Made by a program: the position numbers and the translations under genes. This document shows, piece after piece, positions 42,061 through 53,245 of a stretch of 64,000 nucleotides of DNA (its first letter is position 1; every line of letters starts with the position of its first letter). The stretch is taken from the NCBI GenBank assembly GCA_943788985.1, contig CALSSJ010000032.1:32001-96000 (forward strand), read 5' to 3'. This stretch comes from an uncultured Lentisphaerales bacterium. GTDB taxonomy: Bacteria > Verrucomicrobiota > Lentisphaeria > JABSQK01 > UBA12247. The notes under the pieces were generated by a model. The model ran no database searches. It was not told the DNA's origin and saw nothing but the letters and a program-made list of their open reading frames with translations.

Positions 42061-43338
42061 TCAGGCCAGCATGATGTCCTGTTTCATAGGGAATCGAAGC
42101 ACGAAAGTAGCTCCGTCGGGCCCGTTTCGTGCCAGCGAGATATCCGCGCCGAAATCGCGTAAAATCCCGTGTACAATAGCCAATCCCAGGCCCGTACCAC
42201 GGTCTGGACCCTTCGTCGTCATAAATGGGTCGTAGATGCGATCCACGTGTTCGTCCGGAATTCCGCCCCCTGTATCCGCGATTTCAAGGCAGACGTGAGA
42301 GCTGGTTTGGTGTGCAGAGATTGCAATCGAGCGCTCGCCTTCGCCGCGTTCTCCGATCGCGTCACGGGCGTTGGCCACCAGATTGGTGACAACCTGCTCG
42401 AGCCGACAGGCATTTCCTCGCACGACGAACGCGGGATCCACGTTCACAGAAAGCGTAATGGAATGATTGCCCAACTGGGCACCGAGCAGGTCGAGAGTCT
42501 CGTCGACGATATGGGCAAGGTTGACGGTCTCGGTGCCGGCTTGCGCCTCGGCAGAAGCAAACTGACGCATATGCTGAATCACGTCCGCGGCGCGCTCGAC
42601 CTGATGGATGATCTTCTCGAGCATTTGAGGTGCCCGGTCTTGGTGGGATTCCTCACGCTCCAAGATTACTCGCAGTGTCTCGGCGTACATCCGGATGCTG
42701 CACAACGGCTGATTCAGCTCGTGGGAGATTCCGCCAGCCATCTCGGCCAGCGCGGAAAGTCGCTGGGCGAACATTGTCTGTAAGAACAGGTCCTCGCGCG
42801 CAGACTCCAGCTCTCGTTCTTTGGCCTTGATGTCGGTAAGATCGCGGATGATTCCGGTGAACAGGTGGGCACCGTCTACCCGTGCTTCGCCCACCCCTAA
42901 ATACATGGGGAACATGCTACCGTCTTTCCGTCTACCCTCAAGTTCTCGGCCTATGCCAATAATTTGAGCGCTTCCGCCACCGATATAGCGGTCGACAAAC
43001 TGCTGGTGCCTGTCTGAGTATGACTCGGGCATCAGCGCCGTGACGGGCTTGCCGATAATCTGGCTAGGGTGGTAGCCGAAGATGCGCTCTGCCGAGCGAT
43101 TGAACGAGAGAATCGTGCCGGTGGCGTCGATCGTCACGATAGCGTCGATGACTGTATCGACAATTGCGGCGTTCAGGCGATCTGCTGTCACCTGATCGCT
43201 AAGCTCTACTCCCGGCATTGCCTCTCCGTATGCATGTTCCGTAGCATCATATGGTCGCCAGATGATGCCTGCGCGTCGGGCTCTTTGCAAGCCGGATTGC
43301 GCGGAACTGGGCAAGTCCAAAGGTTCTGCGGGGGGCAT
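42061..43338 (-). CDS. PAS-domain sensor histidine kinase (FixL-like)
   Basis: PAS LMPESYSDRH and IIGIGRELEGRRKDGSMFP, H-box SHELNQP, NLVANARDA, DTGGGI and GTGLGL. Confidence 0.9.
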   Translation of the reverse strand: MPPAEPLDLPSSAQSGLQRARRAGIIWRPYDATEHAYGEAMPGVELSDQVTADRLNAAIVDTVIDAIVTIDATGTILSFNRSAERIFGYHPSQIIGKPVTALMPESYSDRHQQFVDRYIGGGSAQIIGIGRELEGRRKDGSMFPMYLGVGEARVDGAHLFTGIIRDLTDIKAKERELESAREDLFLQTMFAQRLSALAEMAGGISHELNQPLCSIRMYAETLRVILEREESHQDRAPQMLEKIIHQVERAADVIQHMRQFASAEAQAGTETVNLAHIVDETLDLLGAQLGNHSITLSVNVDPAFVVRGNACRLEQVVTNLVANARDAIGERGEGERSIAISAHQTSSHVCLEIADTGGGIPDEHVDRIYDPFMTTKGPDRGTGLGLAIVHGILRDFGADISLARNGPDGATFVLRFPMKQDIMLA

Positions 43339-43341
43339 ACT

Positions 43342-44558
43342 TTAGAGTTTGAAGGCGATCCCGGCCCAAAGCACCGTCTCGTCTTCGCTTGCCAGCGATC
43401 CTGCTGGCGCACTTGCTTCGTAGCGAGCGAGCTTCAAAAGCGCGGAAACGCGGTCGTTGAGCTAGCGTTTCGTCTGCAGATTCAGTTCTCGGTCATACCC
43501 GCCGGAGAACTGGCCGGTGACGTTTTCGGCAGTATTGAAGGTGTGATATCGTGCCAGCAGCTTGGTGCCTTTGATGGTGCAACTGACGTCCACGTAGGCG
43601 TCTTGCAGCCCGGAGACGGCCCCGCTGCCATTGTTGCCCAGAAACTGGTCTGACCAGCCATTGAACTTATGCCCAATGCCAGCCAGCGTGCCGAACGGGC
43701 GATCATCGCCGTCTTGTCCGGAATGACCACTATAACCAGCACCAACTCGGACGCCCTCAATGTCGGTGGCGAGATAGGTGTTAAGCATTGTCGCGTCGTG
43801 ATTCTCGCCAGCTGCATAGTCGGTCTGCCAGGCTGCGGTCAGGTCATAATGCACGTCATGCGCGCAGGCGCCGCCGATTCGTGCACCCAAGGTTGCGGAG
43901 TCCGCAGCCGCGGCCGTATCATCTTCGGTATCGAGTAGATAGCCGAACAGCGCCTGGCGATGGCCTTCGGTAGCGGTGCGCGCGGCGTGGAAGATCACGA
44001 GTGAATCCAAGTCGATATCCGTGAAAAAATCGAGTTTATCTGCCGAACTCCCGCCACATGCAAAGTGTAGCCTTCGAAGCCTGCGTACTGCAGCAGGACC
44101 GAATCGAAAGATTGGGCATTGTTCCGCCAGCCAATGTTGCCGAGCAGGCGCGCATCATCCAGGATGATCTCGTGGCGTCCCACTCGCACGAGTGTGTCGG
44201 CCAGCCCGGAGAAGTCGACTTAGCCCTCGTGGAGGCGTGACCCTGGAGGATCTGCGATGATATCGTGATCCGCTGCGCCGCCGCCGGGATAGCGGAAGTC
44301 TTCGACCAAGTTTGCCGCCGTCTGGCCGACAACCTTTCCACTCAAGTTCTTCCACGTATTGAACTGGTGGCCGCAACGCGCTCGCAGCGTCAGGCCTGCT
44401 GCCGTGCCTCGATCGGCCGCGTCATCGAAGTCAGAGTACTCGTAGCGCAGCTGCAAGTGGACAACGGGACTGCCCAACTCACCGGCACCTGGATCTGCAT
44501 CTGCAGCGATCGAGGTGAAGGCGCAGACGCGGGCGAGGAGGAAGGGGAGGTAGCGCAT
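43342..44558 (-). pseudogene. Alginate-export-family outer-membrane beta-barrel, disrupted
   Basis: Signal peptide, LRYE, RVGRHEIILDDARLLGNIGWRNNAQSFD and HKFNGWSDQF. In-frame stops at 44220 and 43462 plus a frameshift near 44020. Confidence 0.75.
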
Positions 44559-44561
44559 GGT

Positions 44562-45673
44562 TCAGCTCTCGTGGGGGTTTTGGGTCAGAAATTCGGTACG
44601 GCGTGCCTTGATGCGGATGGCAACGCGGGTGAGCAGAGTAAGGACAAGCAGGCCGAGCGCCCAGATGCCGACCGTAACACAAAGGTCGACCCAACTCGGG
44701 GAGTACTCCACGATCTCACCGAGGGGAGATGGCGTGAAGCCTGGGATGATCAGGCCCATCCCCTTCTCGATCCAGACGGCCACAAAGAGCATCGGGCAGG
44801 CCAAATACAGAAGTTTTTAGCGCCGGATTGGGTGGATGGTCAGCATGGCTGTCGCCAGCGGATTCAGGCCGATCGAGGTCCAGGTCCAAGGCACGAGCGC
44901 GTAATGCCCATCGAGCCCGAAGAACAGATAGTGTGCGCTCAGGCTGTGATGCGTCCCGTGGTAAAACTCCTTAAAAACCTCACTGCCAAGCATCACCAGG
45001 TTAATCTGGCCCGCGACAGCCGTAGTCATCGCTAGCTTGCGCATCGTGCTGCCGCGAATCTCGTAGCTGCTGCAATTTTGGACAAAGGCCAGCACAAGAA
45101 TCATGAAGGCGGAGCCGGCTGCAAATGCCGAGGCCAGAAAACGAGGCCCCATCAGAGAGCTATTCCAAAACGACCTTGCTGGCAGGCCTGCGAGGAGCAA
45201 GGCGGTGACCATCTGAATGGCCACGGCCCAGAATACGCTCAGGTAGACAAACGGAACGTAGTAATTCTTGTTTGCTTCTCGCCGGTGGAAGTGGCCGTAG
45301 GGAATGTAGGAAGAATAAACATATTTAGCGCCAGATACCAGGCCGCGAATGCATTTCCAAGGTCCAACCTGACGAACGCCATGCACATCACTAGGGCGGC
45401 CACTACCACTCCCTGGCCGATCAGCACTGCCTTTGAGAAGTCCACATCATGAAGCACGTAGGCTGCCAGGTCGACCAGGACGGAAAAGTTGGAGATGTAT
45501 AGACCCCAACTGACTTAGTCGATCTGTCCCGTGACTGCCAGTCCATCCCGGAGCTGGACGCTCCAGGCGTATAGGCCGAGGAGCATAAAGGCCGTTGGAG
45601 TCATCATCCATAGATGATACCTGCGATCTCCGCAGATGGTTGCGCACAAAGCATATTGGCGGAAGGAAATCAT
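44562..45673 (-). pseudogene. NrfD/DsrP family membrane quinol-oxidising subunit, disrupted
   Basis: GLAVTG..D*VSWGLYISNF, GPRFLASAFAAG and WIEKGMGLIIPGF.PSPLGEI.EYSPS. Contains stops, frameshifts and internal deletions. Confidence 0.82.
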
Positions 45674-46510
45674 CAGTCCATGAAGTACCCGAATTTGGGC
45701 TCGGTCCCGAGGTCTTCCTTGAGACTAAAAACCTTTTTGTGCTCAAGCACGTAGCGAATCTCACTGTCGGGATCAAGGAGATTGCCAAAAATCCGCGCGC
45801 TGGTCGGGCATGCTTCGGCGCAGGCTGGCTGCTTACCGTCGCGCGTGCGCTGGATGCAGAAGGTGCACCTCTCGATCACGCCTTTCTTGCGTGGGCGATT
45901 GCCTAGATATTGCTGATTGGGGTTCAGCTCTTCAGCTGGCACCTCAGGCCCTTTCCAGTTGAAGCGTCTTGCGCAGTACGGAAAGACAGCCTGGCAGTAG
46001 CGACAGCCAATGCACCAGTCATAGTCAATCACCGTGATGCAATCCGGTTGTTGCCAAGTGGCGCCCACGGGACAGACGTCCACGCACGACGGATTCTCAC
46101 ACTGGAAGCACTGTGTTCCCATGTAAAAGTGTCCAGCTTCTGGCACTGCTTGATCAAAGTCCGGCGCCGCTTCTTCCAGATTCGTTTTCCCGTTCTTCAT
46201 CTCGACGATGCGGATGTACTGCATGTGGCTGGCCCGGTCTTGTTTGTTCTCCATCACGCAAGCGCGAATGCAATCCTGGTAGGCTTGGCAGGTTCCGATA
46301 TTGAAGGCGTAGCCGAACAGCACGCCTTCGCGTGCTGGCTCTTCGCTGGTCCTAGAGCGATTTCCTGAATTAGATTGGCCAGCTTCTCTATACGCTCGAT
46401 CGTGCACAGCTGCTCGTCCTGGCTCATCAAACGATAGTTCTTCTTGAAGGTCTCTTGCCATTCAAGACGCTTGATCGCATTTCTCTTCGCTTTATCCTCT
46501 GCCGCGGATG
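45673..46510 (-). pseudogene. 4Fe-4S dicluster protein (NrfC/DsrO-like), degraded
   Basis: CFQCENPSCVDVCP, CIGCRYCQAVFP (last Cys lost), CQAYQDC (Cys lost) and CTFC...PACAEACP. The 5' part lies in another frame. Confidence 0.8.
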
Positions 46511-46715
46511 CGCCGAAGTTAGTCAGGAATTCGGTCGCTGCCTTGGCCATGCACAGGCGTGCGTTAGCCTCAAAGTTTTTGGTGCCAATTGCCCCTTCCA
46601 TAAGCATACTCCCGCTCGCCTAGCAACATCAAGCCGGAGAGATGTGCTGCTACTGCCGAGAAGGCTGTGCTGCGTGCCAGTCTTCTTAAGAAACGCCACT
46701 TGTAAGGCGATTCAT
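46510..46715 (-). pseudogene. napA: Remnant of a periplasmic nitrate reductase catalytic subunit
   Basis: Degenerate Tat leader (MNRLT..RFLRRLARSTAFSAVAA) joined to LMEGAIGTKNFEANARLCMA, the Mo-ligand Cys motif. Lies directly downstream of napD. Confidence 0.65.
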
Positions 46716-46723
46716 TATGCTTC

Positions 46724-46948
46724 CTATGCAATCGTACCAAAGGCTTGAACTAGACATCCGATAGCGGACAAAGACTTCAACGACGTCTGCAGATCCTGCT
46801 CACCCACCTCTGAGTCGGACTCAGTCACGAGGACTACGAGGCCGTCCGCTGCTTTTTTGGCTTCGCACCCCGGGACCTCTGCCAGGCATGACAGCAACTC
46901 GCTGCCATGATTTGGCGTGTTGTGAATGATGTAGCTGCAGACCTGCAT
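46724..46948 (-). CDS. napD: NapD-like chaperone
   Basis: 74 aa, VCSYII...VPGCE...LVVLVTE. Located directly upstream of the napA remnant. Confidence 0.65.
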   Translation of the reverse strand: MQVCSYIIHNTPNHGSELLSCLAEVPGCEAKKAADGLVVLVTESDSEVGEQDLQTSLKSLSAIGCLVQAFGTIA

Positions 46949-47154
46949 GTGGGCTCTGTCCTGTACCTGTTCCGCAATCTAGGTCTCCATGAGCAGGCGA
47001 CGTGCGAGCATCGAATTCAGGCAGGTGAAGGGCTTGGATGCGCTAGTTTCTTGAGCCTTAGTACTGGAATCGGACCTCAATTGAGGAACAGTAGGCATTC
47101 CAGACAGCTGCGTCTTTGCCGCTGTCCATCGAACCTCACACCACGGAGCGCATC

Positions 47155-47445
47155 ATGAAGCGTTTCTTCCTGGTCCTGATTCTCGCCTTTAGTCCTGGCT
47201 GCGTGTTGGCCGGTGAATCCCACAACCTCGCGGTGGATGAACTCCCCAAAGTCGTGCTTGCCGCCGCCCAGAAAGCCGTACTTGGTTTCTCTGTCGAAGA
47301 AGCGGAAGTCGAAGGAAAAGGAAAGCGCCGCGTGTACGAGCTCGAGGGTACAGCCAACGGAAAGTCCTACGAGATGGAGATCTCGGCCAAGGGCAAGCTG
47401 CTTGAACTAGAGCGTGAGGATGACGCCAAGGAAGAAGACGAGTAA
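47155..47445 (+). CDS. Secreted PepSY-like domain protein
   Basis: Signal peptide, then LPKVVLAAA, VYELEG and YEMEISAKGKLL. Confidence 0.75.
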   Translation: MKRFFLVLILAFSPGCVLAGESHNLAVDELPKVVLAAAQKAVLGFSVEEAEVEGKGKRRVYELEGTANGKSYEMEISAKGKLLELEREDDAKEEDE

Positions 47446-47565
47446 GCATTGGCTGTCGTCATCACCGCTGCGCCGGGCTGTGCCCGGGGCCATCCATCGT
47501 CGCGATCACGCATTGTGATCGGAGCGCCCCCGAAGCCTATGGGCCCGGGGGCATCAGCAGCCGGT

Positions 47566-49350
47566 TTAGTGCGTGGCCTTTCCTACGCCATTGGGGAGCC
47601 GCACTTCTTCGACCATGTCCTGAATCTCCTGCGGTGGAGCTGGGGTCACGGCTGAAACCGAAAATGCCACCACGAAGTTCAGCAGCATCCCGATAAACCC
47701 AATGCCCTCTGGGGAAATGCCGAATAGGAATCCAGTGTCGTGGCCGAGGGCAGGCCTGATGAACTGGAAGTAAATGATGTAGCCAAGCGTAAACGTGATG
47801 CCGACGATCATGCCGGAAACCGCGCCAGCGCGATTCATGCGCTTCGAGAAGATCCCCATCAACAACGTCGGAAAGAAGGACGATGCTGCCAGGCCAAACG
47901 CAAATGCAACTGTCTTGGCCACGAACGAAGAGGGAGGATTAATCCCGAAGTAGGCGGCAACCAGCAAGGTGCCGAAAGAGGCCAAACGGGCCGACATCAC
48001 CTCTTGCTTCTCGGAGAGATCTGGCTTCAATACTTTCTTGATCAGGTCATGTGAGATAGACGTTGAAAGGACCAGCAGCAGCCCGGCTGCAGTCGACAGA
48101 GCTGCTGCCACACAACCTGCCATCACCAATGCGATGACCCAGGCAGGAAGACCCGCCATTTCTGGATTCGCCATGACCAGGATATCCTTGTCATAATAGA
48201 CCTCGTTGGTCGACTCAGTCGCCTCGTTCACCAGCAGGCGCTCGCCATGCGCGCCGCGTTCTGTCGCAAACTGTGGCTTGCTTGGGGATAGCGCAGCGCC
48301 AGCCCGGTATTGAATGCGGCCGTCGCCATTCTTATCGACCCAGGCGATGAGATTCTTGTCTTCCCAGTTCTTAAACCAAGAGGGGGCCTCGGCGTAGGTC
48401 ACTTCGTTCACTTCCTGGATGAAGTTGGTGCGAGCGAATGCGCCAAGTGCCGGGGCAGTGAGGTAGATCATGGCGATGAACAGCAGGGTCCAACATGCGG
48501 ATGTACGCACGGCCTTGACGCTCTTGACCGTAAAAAAGCGCACGATGACATGCGGCAAGCCCGCCGTGCCAAACATCAGCGCTGCCGTGATGCAGAACAT
48601 GTCAATCCTGCTTTTGGACCCGTCCGTGTACGAAGCAAAGCCTAGATCCACATTGAGCTGATTAAGCTTGTCGAGCAGTGGGACCGCACTTTCCATGCCA
48701 TCTTTGGTGTAGCTGCCGATCAGGCCAAGCTGTGGAACGACATTTCCGGTCAGTAGCATAGAGATGAAGATCACTGGCAATACATAGGCAAAGACCATGA
48801 CGCAGTATTGGGCAACCTGCGTGTAGGTGATTCCCTTCATGCCGCCCAAGCCAGCGTAGAAAAAGACGATAGCAGCGCCGATCCAGACACCGCCCCAGAT
48901 CGGGATGCTGAATAGACGCGAGAAGACAATGCCGACGCCACGCATCTGGCCCATGATGTAGGTCATGCAGATAAAAATTGCACAGACCACGCCCACGAGG
49001 CGAGCTGTATTGGAATAGAATCGGTCACCCAGAAAGTCGACGACCGTAAACTTGTTGAACTTACGCAGGTAGGGAACGATCAATGTGGTCAGCAGCACGA
49101 AACCACCTGTCCAGCCCATCAGAAACCGTGATGCGTCGTAGCCGCTGGCTGCAATTCCGCCTGCCATCGAAATGAAAGTCGCTGCCGACATCCAGTCCGC
49201 TGCGGTCGCCATCCCGTTCGCGAACGGCGAAACGCCAGACCCTGCAACGTAGTATTCCTTCGTCGACGCTGCGCGTGAACGAAATGCAATGACGATGTAT
49301 AGAGCGAACGTGAGTCCGATGAATAGGAAATTCCATGATTCTTGGCTCAT
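47566..49350 (-). CDS. Sodium:solute symporter, ActP-like monocarboxylate permease
   Basis: Motifs [42 protein letters not shown] and [12 protein letters not shown]. Confidence 0.93.
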   Translation of the reverse strand: MSQESWNFLFIGLTFALYIVIAFRSRAASTKEYYVAGSGVSPFANGMATAADWMSAATFISMAGGIAASGYDASRFLMGWTGGFVLLTTLIVPYLRKFNKFTVVDFLGDRFYSNTARLVGVVCAIFICMTYIMGQMRGVGIVFSRLFSIPIWGGVWIGAAIVFFYAGLGGMKGITYTQVAQYCVMVFAYVLPVIFISMLLTGNVVPQLGLIGSYTKDGMESAVPLLDKLNQLNVDLGFASYTDGSKSRIDMFCITAALMFGTAGLPHVIVRFFTVKSVKAVRTSACWTLLFIAMIYLTAPALGAFARTNFIQEVNEVTYAEAPSWFKNWEDKNLIAWVDKNGDGRIQYRAGAALSPSKPQFATERGAHGERLLVNEATESTNEVYYDKDILVMANPEMAGLPAWVIALVMAGCVAAALSTAAGLLLVLSTSISHDLIKKVLKPDLSEKQEVMSARLASFGTLLVAAYFGINPPSSFVAKTVAFAFGLAASSFFPTLLMGIFSKRMNRAGAVSGMIVGITFTLGYIIYFQFIRPALGHDTGFLFGISPEGIGFIGMLLNFVVAFSVSAVTPAPPQEIQDMVEEVRLPNGVGKATH

Positions 49351-49619
49351 TGTTCGACAGCCTCATCATAGCCGTGTTTCTTGTCCAGCGAGCCCATCAT
49401 GCTGCGATAGGCCAATAGCAGGCAAACAAAGCCAATGATCGAGCCTTGCTGGGCAATCCAAAAGCCGAAAGGAGCGTTGCCAATGCTCGGAAAGTTGGCA
49501 TCGAGAAAGTCGCGGAACAGCACACCGCAACCCAATGAAATAAATGCCCAGATGGAAAGTAAAATCGCGACAACCCGCAGGCTCCCTCTCCAATACGCGC
49601 TTGCTGACTCAGAATCCAT
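49347..49619 (-). CDS. DUF4212 small subunit of the ActP-like symporter
   Basis: Motifs AYWR and [12 protein letters not shown]. Overlaps the symporter start by 4 nt. Confidence 0.88.
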   Translation of the reverse strand: MDSESASAYWRGSLRVVAILLSIWAFISLGCGVLFRDFLDANFPSIGNAPFGFWIAQQGSIIGFVCLLLAYRSMMGSLDKKHGYDEAVEQ

Positions 49620-49699
49620 AGCGTCCCCCTTCTCTCTGATTCTCATGTGAAAAAAAATCGTTGTCTCGATACGCGGCTCATCTCAGTTGCACAGAGCGT

Positions 49700-50128
49700 C
49701 TACTCTAGCCAGAACTCCGGGGCTCGTGCGAACCGGCGTGCCGTTCGGATCGAGCGTGGCCGCACGAAACCGAGCACAAAGTACTCGCCGTCCTTACCAT
49801 CCACATCCAGTGTGAATGGGGTGGAGCGAATGTGCTTTGTCAGCTGGTCGCCGTCGCCAAACATCGCCTCATAGCGCACTTGAACCTTAGCCTTTCCCGG
49901 CCGAATCGTGATTTCAGTCGGCTGCCGTGAGAGCTTGAACATGTCATGGCCCGTACGCGACCCGTTGATCCCGAGAAGGCGCACATCAGGCGGGAGTTCG
50001 AGGGTGAAGAACCCGGCATTCGGGTCGTCTGCTGTGGTGTGATAATGGTACGCCTTGTGACTTGGCGTGCTGGAGCAGCCAATCACCAGCAGCGCCAGAA
50101 GCGCAAGTGATGAAATGCGTACGATCAT
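49700..50128 (-). CDS. Lipoprotein (DUF2057-like)
   Basis: Lipobox LVIG-C and a beta-rich body (LLGING, IRPGK..VRYE). Overlaps the secDF stop. Confidence 0.55.
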   Translation of the reverse strand: MIVRISSLALLALLVIGCSSTPSHKAYHYHTTADDPNAGFFTLELPPDVRLLGINGSRTGHDMFKLSRQPTEITIRPGKAKVQVRYEAMFGDGDQLTKHIRSTPFTLDVDGKDGEYFVLGFVRPRSIRTARRFARAPEFWLE

Positions 50129-52722
50129 GCGGTCGCTTTATTGGCGCTGCTGGCTGCAACCGCGGCTGCTTCCCGCTCGGCCTGCTTCGCCGCTTCGCGC
50201 TTGCGATGGACAATCATCATAACCGGGGTTGCCACGAACAGGCTGGAGTACGTACCTACCACGATGCCGAGCAGCAGAACCAGTGCGAAATCGTTGAGTG
50301 CGCCGCCACCCAGTAGATACAGGGTGACCACCACTATGCCGGTAGAGACAGAGGTCAGAACCGTACGAGCTAGGGTCTGATTCAAACTCAGGTTCACGAT
50401 TTCGTTGAACGGCCTGTCTTTATGAAGACCAATATTTTCGCGAATCCGATCAAAGACCACAATCGTGTCATTCAACGAATAGCCAATGATGGTCAGCAAG
50501 GCGGCGATCACCGGCAGCGAAATCTGCCGCTCGCCGATCAACAGCGGAATAGGCAGGCAGAACAGACCAGTACAGATGAACACGTCATGGATCAAGGCGG
50601 CGATTGCGCCCACTGCGTAGCTAAGTTCGAAGCGGAAGCTGATGTAGATTAGAATCCCGAGCAGGGAGCACACCATGGCCCAGAATGCTTGACTCCGGAA
50701 CCGTGAACCGACTGCGGGACCAATTTCCTGCTGATTGCCAGTGTTGGCCTGAATCCCCATATCTGGAAATTTGGCAATGAGGATCGTAGCGACCGCTTGG
50801 CGAATGTCGCCGCCAGCACCGTCCTCTTCTTGCGAGGTAACCTCGGGAATCGTGATTTCGATCATGCGATCGTCAGCTGTGCCCTTTGACACAACACGGG
50901 CAGTCGAAAAGCGCTTGTCTGCCTCACTCAGTACCGACGCGATCGCGTCGACCTCTGCGGACTGTTCCACGGGGATCGTCACCATAGTGCCGCCGCGAAA
51001 ATCGATGCTCAGTGCGTTCGAGTTACGGGTCACCAAGGTGATCGCGCCAAGAATCGCAACAGCGATAGAAAGCATAGCAGCTGCTTTGCGACGGGAGAGG
51101 AAGTCGACGCGACAGTTGGAGAGCAACTGCATCATCTTCAGGGTCTTTACGTTGTTCTTGGCCACCATGATGTCGTAAATGATCCGCGTGACAAACAAGG
51201 CGCTGAACAGCGTGGCGATGATACCGATCATCAGCGTTACAGCAAATCCCTTGATCGGGCCTGAACCAACCTTGGCCAGGATGAACGCGGTCAAGAACGT
51301 GGTCAGGTTTGCATCCAGAATTGTGACTAGGGCGCGCTGATAGCCCACACGCATCGCCGTGGTGAATGACTTGCCGACATTCAGCTCCTCTCGAATTCGC
51401 TCGAAGATCAGAATGTTTGCGTCCACCGCCATGCCGATGGTCAAAACGATACCCGCAATGCCCGGCAGCGTCAGGGTGGCACCGACCAAAGTCAGTGTCC
51501 CGAAGATGAGGACAATGTTGACTGCGAGAGCGACAAAGGCGATTGCGCCCGAGCCGCGATAGTACATCAGCAGGCCGAGCAGTGTCAACCCAAAACCCAC
51601 GTAAATCGAGAGAATGCCACTACTGATCGCGGCTTGCCCGAGCTGTGGGTCTGTCGTGAACTGGCCGTCAATGCGGATGTCCACCGGCAGGTTGCCGCAG
51701 CGGAGCTTGATCGACAGCTGATTTGCCTCGTGCTGGGAGAAGTTGCCCGAGATCGAAGCGTTGCCGCCAAGAATGGCTTCATTGATGTTTGGGGCGCTGA
51801 AAACCGTGCCGTCCAGCACAACTGCCAAGCGACGGTTCACGTTTTCCTGCGTAATTTCACCGAACAGTCGTGCGCCTTCCTGATTAAAGGAGAGGGATAC
51901 TTCATAGCCGCCAAACTCGCCCATCGTAGGCTGCGCGTTCTTTACGTGCTTGCCTGCGAGTTTCTCAGCAATGCGGTTCACGTACAGAATGCGCTGCTCT
52001 TCAGGAAGCGGGTTGTCTTCGTCCTCAAACAACAAAACCCGTTTCAGACTGGCGGGTGTATTGGGGTTGACCCCGTTGACCTCGGCCTCGGCAAGCGCGT
52101 CGGACTGGTCCGAGACTACGTGAAAGCTCAGTTTCGCGGCTTCCTGCAGAATTTTAATGAACTGGGCGACATAGTCCGGCTTCTTGCCCGGGATCGTCAC
52201 CGAGATTGTGTTCGGGCCTGTCGGGCGTAGTTGCGCTTCGACCAAACCGCTCTGGTCCACCCGGTTGCGCAAGATTTCCAGCACTTCATCACGAATGTCA
52301 TCGAGCTTGCGGTCGCCGCTCGCGGTGGCTGCGGCCGCATCGAAACTGACGATAATCTCGGTGCCGCCTTGGATATCAATTCCCTTGCGCAACTTTGCTT
52401 GAGAGCCCTCAAACACAAACTGTGCAACTGCCTTGTTGCTGGGCTCGTTGCGGCCGTAAATATCCACATAAGCATGGAGTTTCTTGCCATCGGCCGATGC
52501 GGCGCGTGCCAGAGCAGCGGGTGCAGAGAGCTCATCCTTCTCCTCCAGTGCTTTGGCTGCCGTGATCAGCTCTGCAAGCCCCTCAACAGTCTTGGCTTCG
52601 TTCTGGAATTGAACGTAGAAATCCTTGTCTTCGTGCCCGGTAAGAAAGGAATACCCCCACATGCCGACGATTACGACTGCAAAAACAAGACGATAAAGTA
52701 TGGACTTTTTAAGTGCGTTCAT
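50125..52722 (-). CDS. secDF: Fused protein translocase subunit SecDF
   Basis: SecD motifs GIDIQGG, LTLPGIAG and GMAVDANILIFERIREE. SecF motifs IDFRGG and GYSLNDTIVVFDRIRE. Confidence 0.96.
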   Translation of the reverse strand: MNALKKSILYRLVFAVVIVGMWGYSFLTGHEDKDFYVQFQNEAKTVEGLAELITAAKALEEKDELSAPAALARAASADGKKLHAYVDIYGRNEPSNKAVAQFVFEGSQAKLRKGIDIQGGTEIIVSFDAAAATASGDRKLDDIRDEVLEILRNRVDQSGLVEAQLRPTGPNTISVTIPGKKPDYVAQFIKILQEAAKLSFHVVSDQSDALAEAEVNGVNPNTPASLKRVLLFEDEDNPLPEEQRILYVNRIAEKLAGKHVKNAQPTMGEFGGYEVSLSFNQEGARLFGEITQENVNRRLAVVLDGTVFSAPNINEAILGGNASISGNFSQHEANQLSIKLRCGNLPVDIRIDGQFTTDPQLGQAAISSGILSIYVGFGLTLLGLLMYYRGSGAIAFVALAVNIVLIFGTLTLVGATLTLPGIAGIVLTIGMAVDANILIFERIREELNVGKSFTTAMRVGYQRALVTILDANLTTFLTAFILAKVGSGPIKGFAVTLMIGIIATLFSALFVTRIIYDIMVAKNNVKTLKMMQLLSNCRVDFLSRRKAAAMLSIAVAILGAITLVTRNSNALSIDFRGGTMVTIPVEQSAEVDAIASVLSEADKRFSTARVVSKGTADDRMIEITIPEVTSQEEDGAGGDIRQAVATILIAKFPDMGIQANTGNQQEIGPAVGSRFRSQAFWAMVCSLLGILIYISFRFELSYAVGAIAALIHDVFICTGLFCLPIPLLIGERQISLPVIAALLTIIGYSLNDTIVVFDRIRENIGLHKDRPFNEIVNLSLNQTLARTVLTSVSTGIVVVTLYLLGGGALNDFALVLLLGIVVGTYSSLFVATPVMMIVHRKREAAKQAEREAAAVAASSANKATA

Positions 52723-52737
52723 AGTTTGGTAAATTTG

Positions 52738-53091
52738 CTAAGAATTAGGTTTGGAATCTGAAGTAGATGTGGCTGGTTCGGCCGGTGCGGCCGCAATATG
52801 GGCCTTGCTCACCCGGATGGTGACGCGGTCAGAAATTTTTATGTGGACGATCGCGTTGTCGGAATCATCAATCTTGGCGACAACTCCGTGGATGCCGCCT
52901 ACTGTCATGACTTTGTCGTCCTTGGTCAGGCGCTTCAACATCGCCTTGTGATCTTTATCCTTGCGACGCTGTGGCTTGATCAGGAACAAATACCACAACA
53001 CCAGCAAAGGCAGTAGTGGTAGCAACCCCATGATGAAGCTGGGCTGGTCGGGCTGACTAGCGGCAAGGACGAAGGCGTGCGCGGGAATCAT
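52738..53091 (-). CDS. yajC: Preprotein translocase subunit YajC
   Basis: Motifs YLFLIKPQRRK and DKVMTVGGIHG. Located upstream of secDF. Confidence 0.94.
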   Translation of the reverse strand: MIPAHAFVLAASQPDQPSFIMGLLPLLPLLVLWYLFLIKPQRRKDKDHKAMLKRLTKDDKVMTVGGIHGVVAKIDDSDNAIVHIKISDRVTIRVSKAHIAAAPAEPATSTSDSKPNS

Positions 53092-53245
53092 AGGCGGGAT
53101 AATCTTTGCGGGAGAAGTAGAAAAGCGCGTAATCTAGCGCCAGACGCATCCGCTGCCACCAGTTTTCCTCTGACCGCCGTTGGCATCCACTCACGGGCGC
53201 AGCTGCCGCGGGTCGTCTTTCCTCGCGCGGGCTCGGGTGCCGCCC

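Noticed and set aside
32471..47445. Genomic island integrated at tRNA-Val
   Set aside because: No integrase and no duplicated tRNA 3' end were seen, and the tRNA 3' end faces the housekeeping gene ttcA.
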